Translations under genes and position numbers: made by a program
Source: Patescibacteria group bacterium
GTDB taxonomy: Bacteria; Patescibacteriota; Patescibacteriia; JAGVFQ01
Direction of reading: 5' to 3'
Assembly (NCBI GenBank): GCA_020057505.1
Contig: JAGVFQ010000032.1
Span: 1-57,441, forward strand
Length of the DNA stretch: 57,441 nt
In this document: positions 52,269 through 57,441 of the stretch, one piece after another
Position numbering within the stretch: the first letter of the stretch is position 1
Layout: the number at the start of each line of letters is the position of its first letter
The notes under the pieces: generated by a model
Seen by the model: only the letters and a program-made list of their open reading frames with translations
Databases searched by the model: none
What the model was told of the DNA's origin: nothing

Positions 52269-53000
52269 ATGCAATACCCGCTAATTAAAATTGTCGATTT
52301 GGCAAAAAAATACGATAATGATGGCGTTATTACCAAGGTACTTTCGAATATTAATTTAGAAATAAAAAAAGGTGAATTTGTGGCGATTATGGGACCATCC
52401 GGTTCGGGCAAGTCTACTTTAATGCATATACTTGGGTTTCTCGATCGGTTGACGAGCGGCAAATATTATTTCAACGGAAAAGATAGCAGTGATCTTAACG
52501 ACGATCAATTGGCGGAGATTCGAAACGAGAAAGTTGGTTTTGTTTTTCAATCATTTAATCTATTGCCCAAAACATCGGTTTATGAAAACGTAAAACTGCC
52601 GCTCACTTATGATGAACATGAACGAATTAAAAATTATAATTATGCGGTGAAAGCGGCTATTAGAGCTGTTGGTCTTTATGAACGCATGGATAATTTGTCA
52701 AATCAGCTTTCGGGCGGCGAAAAACAAAGAGTCGCGATCGCGAGAGCTTTGGTCACTGAGCCGGAAATAATTTTTGCCGATGAGCCAACAGGCAATCTCG
52801 ATTCAAAAAGTGGCAATCAAATTATGGAAATACTCCAAGCTTTAAATGAATCAGGTAAGACTATTATATTGGTCACTCATGAAAAATATACCGCTGATCA
52901 CGCCGGCAGAATAATTAGAATATTGGATGGTACGATTGCCGGCGATTTTGTGGTCGAGCAACGTTTGTTTGCCAAAAACTCAAACGATTTAATTAAATAA
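52269..53000 (+). CDS. MacB/LolD-type ABC transporter ATP-binding protein
   Basis: [36 protein letters not shown]. Confidence 0.9.
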   Translation: MQYPLIKIVDLAKKYDNDGVITKVLSNINLEIKKGEFVAIMGPSGSGKSTLMHILGFLDRLTSGKYYFNGKDSSDLNDDQLAEIRNEKVGFVFQSFNLLPKTSVYENVKLPLTYDEHERIKNYNYAVKAAIRAVGLYERMDNLSNQLSGGEKQRVAIARALVTEPEIIFADEPTGNLDSKSGNQIMEILQALNESGKTIILVTHEKYTADHAGRIIRILDGTIAGDFVVEQRLFAKNSNDLIK

Positions 53001-53002
53001 AA

Positions 53003-54244
53003 ATGGAACTGACTTCGACGATAAAAATCGCTTATCTCGGATTAAAAACAAAAAAATCCCGGACATTTTTAACAATGCTTGGGATTATTATTGGCATCGC
53101 GTCGGTGATTATTATTATTTCCGTCGGCCAAGGAGCTCAAAGCTTGATTGTAAATCAAATCAAGAGCCAAGGTTCCAATCTGATCGCTATTTTCCCCGGC
53201 GCTTCGGAATCATCCGGTCCGCCTCCATCTATCATGGGAGTGGTTAATACCAATTTAAAGAATGAAGATCTAGATATTCTTTTAAAAAATAACAATATGT
53301 CTCACGCCTTGGCTGTCACTTATTACACGAGAGGAGTCGGCACATTGCAGTGGGGAGCTAATAAATACGACGGGACTTTTGTCGGCACGACGCCCAGTTA
53401 TCTCGAAGTGCATGACGTGCAAGTGGCAAGCGGCCGATTTTTTAATTCTGACGATGAAAAAGAATTAGCCAAGGTAGTTGTGCTCGGAGCCAATGTTACA
53501 AAAGATCTTTTTGGCAATGTTAACCCTCTTAATCAAAGTATTAAAATAAAAAAAGAACAATTTCGCGTTATTGGCACTATCGGGCCCAGAGGAACGACAG
53601 CATTTGAAAATCAGGATAATTTGGTATTCATTCCAATTACAACTTGCCAGAAAATTATGCTTGGCATCAATTACGTTTCTTTAGCCAGAGTGAAGATTGA
53701 TGCCGAAGAAAATACAAATCAATCAGTCCAAGATATTACCAGAGTGTTGCGGGAAAGGCATAATTTGCGCGGCAGCGATCCTGATGACTTTAGCATCCGC
53801 GCCCAAACTCAAGCTTTGGAAATTTTCGCGGCTGTCACTAATTCTCTGACATTTTTTCTCGCAGCCATAGCCGCTGTTTCTTTGCTCGTGGGCGGTATTG
53901 GCATTATGAATATCATGCTGATCGCCGTAGTTGAGAGAACAAGAGAAGTCGGCTTGAGAAAGGCGCTGGGCGCGAAGAATAAAAATATTCTCAGCCAATT
54001 TTTGGTTGAATCAATTGTTGTGACTTTTGCCGGCGGCATAATTGGTATTTTTTTTGGGGTGCTTATTTCGTTTTTAGTGGCTTTTATCGCTCAGCAGCTG
54101 GGATACAAATGGGATTTTGCGATTTCTTCTTTCGCTATTTTCGTGTCGTGCGCTATTTCAATTCTGATCGGCTTGATTTTTGGGCTTTATCCGGCTTACA
54201 AGGCCGCGCGGCTGAATCCGATTGAGGCGCTTAGATATGAATAG
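53003..54244 (+). CDS. MacB/FtsX-family ABC permease
   Basis: MacB_PCD-like periplasmic domain between TM1 and TM2. C-terminal FtsX region (GGIGIMNIML...RTREVGLRKALGA). Confidence 0.85.
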   Translation: MELTSTIKIAYLGLKTKKSRTFLTMLGIIIGIASVIIIISVGQGAQSLIVNQIKSQGSNLIAIFPGASESSGPPPSIMGVVNTNLKNEDLDILLKNNNMSHALAVTYYTRGVGTLQWGANKYDGTFVGTTPSYLEVHDVQVASGRFFNSDDEKELAKVVVLGANVTKDLFGNVNPLNQSIKIKKEQFRVIGTIGPRGTTAFENQDNLVFIPITTCQKIMLGINYVSLARVKIDAEENTNQSVQDITRVLRERHNLRGSDPDDFSIRAQTQALEIFAAVTNSLTFFLAAIAAVSLLVGGIGIMNIMLIAVVERTREVGLRKALGAKNKNILSQFLVESIVVTFAGGIIGIFFGVLISFLVAFIAQQLGYKWDFAISSFAIFVSCAISILIGLIFGLYPAYKAARLNPIEALRYE

Positions 54245-54267
54245 GGGGGAGGTAAATTTAATTTTTT

Positions 54268-55533
54268 ATGTTACTTGATTTTATAAAATCTTATCAAATG
54301 TCGTTTGAAATCGCTCTCAAGGCTCTGCTCAGAAATAAAGTGAGGGCTATTTTGACGATTTTGGGCATTACAGTCGGTATTATGGCGGTGATTATTGTAT
54401 TATCCGCCGGCCGAGCCATACAAGATTTTATCACCAATCAAATCACGATGTTTGGCACTGATTATATCGTCGTTGAAATTAAAGTTCCTTCCACTGAACA
54501 TGTTTCCGTTGAAAACGCGTCGGCCATAAGTCAAGGGGTGACGATTACTACATTAAAAGAATCTGATGCTGATGAAATTAAAAAGCTCAGCAATATAAAA
54601 GATATTTATTCCGGCCAAATGGGCCAGGAAGTATTTTCCTATCAGGAAAAAAATAAAGTCGGGATGCTTTTTGGCGTTACAGCTTCGTTCAGTAATGTTG
54701 ATCCGGGCGAGCTTGAAGAGGGGAGATTTTTTACCGATAGCGAAGATAAAAGCCTGACTAAAATCGTGGTGCTTGGGAGCCGATTGAAAAAAAATATTTT
54801 TGGCAATGATGACGCTATAGGCAAAAGGGTAAAAATAGGCAAGCAGAATTACAAAGTTATAGGCGTTATGAAAGAACGCGGCAGTGCTGGAGTATTTTCC
54901 ATGGATGATATAGCTTTTGTGCCTTTACGAACGCTTCAGAAATTAATTCTAGGCATTAATTATGTCCAATTGATTTACGTAAAAACTACTAATAGCGCTT
55001 TGGCTGATGTTACGGCTGATGATATAATCGTATTAATAAGAAGTCTGCACAAGATTGACGATCCTAAGAATGATGATTTTTCAGTGACGACCTCATCTCA
55101 GGGGATGGCGATCCTTGGAACAGTTATCGGAGCTATAAAGCTTTTATTATTCGCCATCGCCTCAATTTCATTGGTCGTTGGGGGAATTGGTATTATGAAT
55201 GTTATGTATGTTTCCGTCGCGGAAAGGACTTTTGAAATCGGATTAAGAAAGGCTATGGGGGCAAAGCGGTCAAATATCTTAAGGCAATTTTGGGCGGAAG
55301 CGATTATGATAACCACGCTCGGAGGATTGGCCGGAATAATTTTGGGCACGGCATTTTCTTTCTTTATCAGCAGGTTGGCGAATTCCTTTGGGTTTAATTG
55401 GAAATTTTATATTTCCCTTAATTATATAGTGTTAGCGGTGGGCATCTCGGTTTTGGTCGGTTTGATCTCTGGTGTTTATCCGGCTCGCGCCGCGGCGAAA
55501 CTGGATCCTATAGTAGCTCTTAGAAAGGAGTAG
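54268..55533 (+). CDS. Second MacB/FtsX-family ABC permease
   Basis: Same architecture as the first permease (GGIGIMNVMY...RTFEIGLRKAMGA). Confidence 0.85.
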   Translation: MLLDFIKSYQMSFEIALKALLRNKVRAILTILGITVGIMAVIIVLSAGRAIQDFITNQITMFGTDYIVVEIKVPSTEHVSVENASAISQGVTITTLKESDADEIKKLSNIKDIYSGQMGQEVFSYQEKNKVGMLFGVTASFSNVDPGELEEGRFFTDSEDKSLTKIVVLGSRLKKNIFGNDDAIGKRVKIGKQNYKVIGVMKERGSAGVFSMDDIAFVPLRTLQKLILGINYVQLIYVKTTNSALADVTADDIIVLIRSLHKIDDPKNDDFSVTTSSQGMAILGTVIGAIKLLLFAIASISLVVGGIGIMNVMYVSVAERTFEIGLRKAMGAKRSNILRQFWAEAIMITTLGGLAGIILGTAFSFFISRLANSFGFNWKFYISLNYIVLAVGISVLVGLISGVYPARAAAKLDPIVALRKE

Positions 55534-55632
55534 GCGCCCCCACCCTCCTTAAAGGTGTGAAGCATTTCAGAGAAGAAATAAATTTCTTCAGAAAATTTAT
55601 AAACTTCAAAACAATAAAAACTTTGAAGGAGG

Positions 55633-55657
55633 GCGGAGTGTGGATATCTCCGCTTTT
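55633..55657 (+). terminator. Intrinsic terminator after the efflux operon
   Basis: GCGGAG-N9-CTCCGC followed by TTTT. Confidence 0.65.
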
Positions 55658-55672
55658 AATTTGTGCTATACT

Positions 55673-55698
55673 ATACCCATACCCCTAGGGTAGGGGTT
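55673..55698 (+). promoter_or_regulatory. Candidate CsoR operator (GC-rich pseudo-palindrome ACCCCTA-GGG-TAGGGGT)
   Basis: 7-nt inverted arms at 55681-55687 and 55691-55697 abut the -35 element. The site resembles the TACCC...GGGGTA type sites described for CsoR-family repressors. Confidence 0.55.
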
Positions 55699-55725
55699 GA
55701 CAAATAAAACTGGCGGCGATAGAAT
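55697..55725 (+). promoter_or_regulatory. Promoter TTGACA-N17-TAGAAT for the csoR operon
   Basis: Hexamers and spacing were counted directly. Confidence 0.6.
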
Positions 55726-55753
55726 AGGAAAGAAAGTATTTTTAATTTAAATA

Positions 55754-56038
55754 ATGAAATTTATGTACCAAAATCACAAAGAAGAATTATTAAAAAGAAT
55801 GAATTATCTGATTGGCCATTTGCAGGGAGTGAAGAAGATGATTGAAGAAAATAAATACTGCATTGATGTAATCAAACAGAATATGGCGGTTTGCGAAGCG
55901 ATCAAAAAAATCAATCAGCAGATTCTGGATCAACATTTGCAAACTTGTGTTATGTCAGCCATTAATGGCAATAAAGAAGGCGAGAGAAGAAAAAAATTAA
56001 AGGAATTATTAGAAATTTATAAAGCTTATAATAAATAA
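55754..56038 (+). CDS. csoR: CsoR/RcnR-family metal-sensing repressor (DUF156)
   Basis: LIGHLQGVKKMIEENKYCIDVIKQ...AI...DQHLQTCV carries the Cys...His...Cys ligand pattern in the typical helices. Confidence 0.85.
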   Translation: MKFMYQNHKEELLKRMNYLIGHLQGVKKMIEENKYCIDVIKQNMAVCEAIKKINQQILDQHLQTCVMSAINGNKEGERRKKLKELLEIYKAYNK

Positions 56039-56043
56039 AAACT

Positions 56044-57441
56044 ATGTTTCAAAAAACAAATATCCAAATAAACGGCATCCTTTCTTCCAATGACAAAATA
56101 ACTCTGGAAACCGAGATCGATGTTTTGCCCGGCGTAATTGAAGTTATTTTTAATGATAAAACCAACAAACTGTCAGTGGAATTTGACGATAAAGAGATTT
56201 CTGATACCCAGATTCAGCAGAAAATCAAAGAATTGAATTACCAAACGGCAACCCAAACTAATCAATCCGTGCCAGCCACGAGAGAGCATACTTATTTCAT
56301 TCAAGGCATGCATTGCGCCTCTTGTGAAATTCTAATCGAAAAGAAACTGCTTGAATTCCCGGGTATTAAAGCCGTCGAAGCGTCCACTAAAAATGGCGAA
56401 GCTTTGATCGAGTACAAAGGCGACAGGCCGCGCGTGGAAACATTGAATAAAGTTTTTAAAAAGAGCAATTATTTTTTTTCCGATCAGCCTTTAAAAGAAA
56501 AAAAATCATCCGGAAGCTCCATCGGAGGTCCTGTCTTCATCGCCTTGCTTCTAATATTGGGTTTTCTGGTTTTGAATAAATCCGGTTTGTCTGATTTGGT
56601 TAATGTCACTTCGTCGTCATCGTTGCCGCTTTTTTTCGCTTTTGGCCTTTTGGCGGGAATTTCCAGCTGCGCCGCTTTGGTCGGCGGCATTATTCTTTCG
56701 ATGTCCAAACAATGGTCGGATCTTTATTCGTCCGATGCCTCGACCTGGCAAAAAATGAAACCCCACCTCATGTTTAATTTCGGACGATTGGTTTCTTATG
56801 GTATTCTGGGCGGCATTTTGGGATTAATCGGCAGCAAACTCCAGCTCTCGCTTGAATTCAGTTCATTATTAGTCATTGCCGTTTCAGCGTTAATGATTCT
56901 TTTATCTCTGCAAATGTTGGGGGTCAAAGGTTTTAGTCGTTTTCAAATAACCGCTCCAAAATTTATTACCCGTTATCTTTCCGACGAAACCAATTTTTCC
57001 GGCCGTTATATGCCCTTTGGGATGGGAGCTGCCACTTTTTTTCTGCCTTGCGGTTTTACCATTACCGCCCAAGGATTAGCCCTGCTTTCAGGAAATTTTG
57101 TTCAGGGCGGTTTGATTATGATCAGTTTCGCTCTCGGCACTCTTTTGCCTTTATTGGCCATTGGGTTTTCAAGCGTGAAGCTTTCTCAAAATCCGCGCTG
57201 GTCGGAGAGATTCTTAAAAATCGCTGGCATAGTGGTTCTCTTTTTTGCGCTTTTCAATATCAACGCCCAGCTTAAAGTTCTGGGATTTAATTTTAGCGGA
57301 TCAGTTATTAATAGCTCGGTCGGCGCCACTAATAGCGTGAGCGAAGAAGGGTTGCCTTCTATTATTAACGGCAAACAAATATTAAAAATGGAAGCTTCAA
57401 GCCGAGGTTATGCGCCGAATAATCTGAAAGTGAGATTGGGA
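56044..57441 (+). CDS. HMA-domain + DsbD_2/TauE-like polytopic membrane protein (3-prime end outside the window; the last residues look like the start of a cupredoxin-like domain)
   Basis: This ORF is NOT in the supplied track. I translated frame 1 from the ATG at 56044 to nt 57441 and found no stop (466 codons). It has the heavy-metal-binding motif GMHCASC, then TM helices carrying GISSCAAL and FFLPCGFT. Confidence 0.75.
   Translation, partial: MFQKTNIQINGILSSNDKITLETEIDVLPGVIEVIFNDKTNKLSVEFDDKEISDTQIQQKIKELNYQTATQTNQSVPATREHTYFIQGMHCASCEILIEKKLLEFPGIKAVEASTKNGEALIEYKGDRPRVETLNKVFKKSNYFFSDQPLKEKKSSGSSIGGPVFIALLLILGFLVLNKSGLSDLVNVTSSSSLPLFFAFGLLAGISSCAALVGGIILSMSKQWSDLYSSDASTWQKMKPHLMFNFGRLVSYGILGGILGLIGSKLQLSLEFSSLLVIAVSALMILLSLQMLGVKGFSRFQITAPKFITRYLSDETNFSGRYMPFGMGAATFFLPCGFTITAQGLALLSGNFVQGGLIMISFALGTLLPLLAIGFSSVKLSQNPRWSERFLKIAGIVVLFFALFNINAQLKVLGFNFSGSVINSSVGATNSVSEEGLPSIINGKQILKMEASSRGYAPNNLKVRLG

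Noticed and set aside
1-57441. Alternative genetic code (UGA reassignment, as in some candidate-phyla lineages).
   Set aside because: Conserved genes translate full-length under the standard code. TGA terminates several well-delimited genes (e.g. 7786-7788, 19798-19800, 27070-27072).

Overview
57.4-kb low-GC, tightly packed window. Almost all coding is on the + strand; corA is the only convincing minus-strand CDS. It reads with the standard code, since TGA is used as a stop (e.g. 7786-7788, 19798-19800). The gene content includes a type IV pilus set (pilM, pilin, pilD), a PduL+AckA pair, many small secreted or lipoproteins, and abundant intergenic hairpin repeats. This looks like a Patescibacteria/CPR-type bacterium, which is an inference I cannot verify here. 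Housekeeping genes recognised from motifs: cysS, corA, dnaX, tRNA-Gln(CUG), xth, murJ, lepA, recJ, rnhA, ligA, gatC, gatA, ackA, a MacAB-like efflux operon and a CsoR copper operon. The last gene of the copper operon (56044 to the window end) is missing from the supplied ORF track. The stand-out region is a ~8.3-kb accessory island next to tRNA-Gln (about 10536-18826). It is bounded and subdivided by three copies of a terminator-plus-promoter module. It carries: a Bro-N protein; a dinD-like gene fragment; a two-gene module of a MerR/excisionase-type HTH fused to an RsbW/SpoIIAB-like GHKL ATPase plus a STAS-like (DUF4325) protein, preceded by three phased GTAGATT(T)G repeats; a type IIG restriction-modification fusion gene with a sharp internal composition break; a translationally coupled DUF4365 nuclease-fold protein; an NYN-domain gene flanked by diverged duplications of the neighbouring thermonuclease 5-prime region; and two promoter+terminator-defined minus-strand small RNA units. 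The HTH-GHKL/STAS pair and the NYN cassette are my best candidates for an undescribed defence or regulatory system. Other points worth a second look: a ~370-nt ORF-free minus-strand transcription unit between lepA and recJ; two tandem minus-strand sRNA-like units between ligA and gatC; heptanucleotide tandem repeats embedded in-frame in three core enzymes (pfkB-family kinase, ackA, lepA); and several dispersed GC-rich and AT-rich palindromic repeat families. No CRISPR array, rRNA, integrase or transposase was seen.
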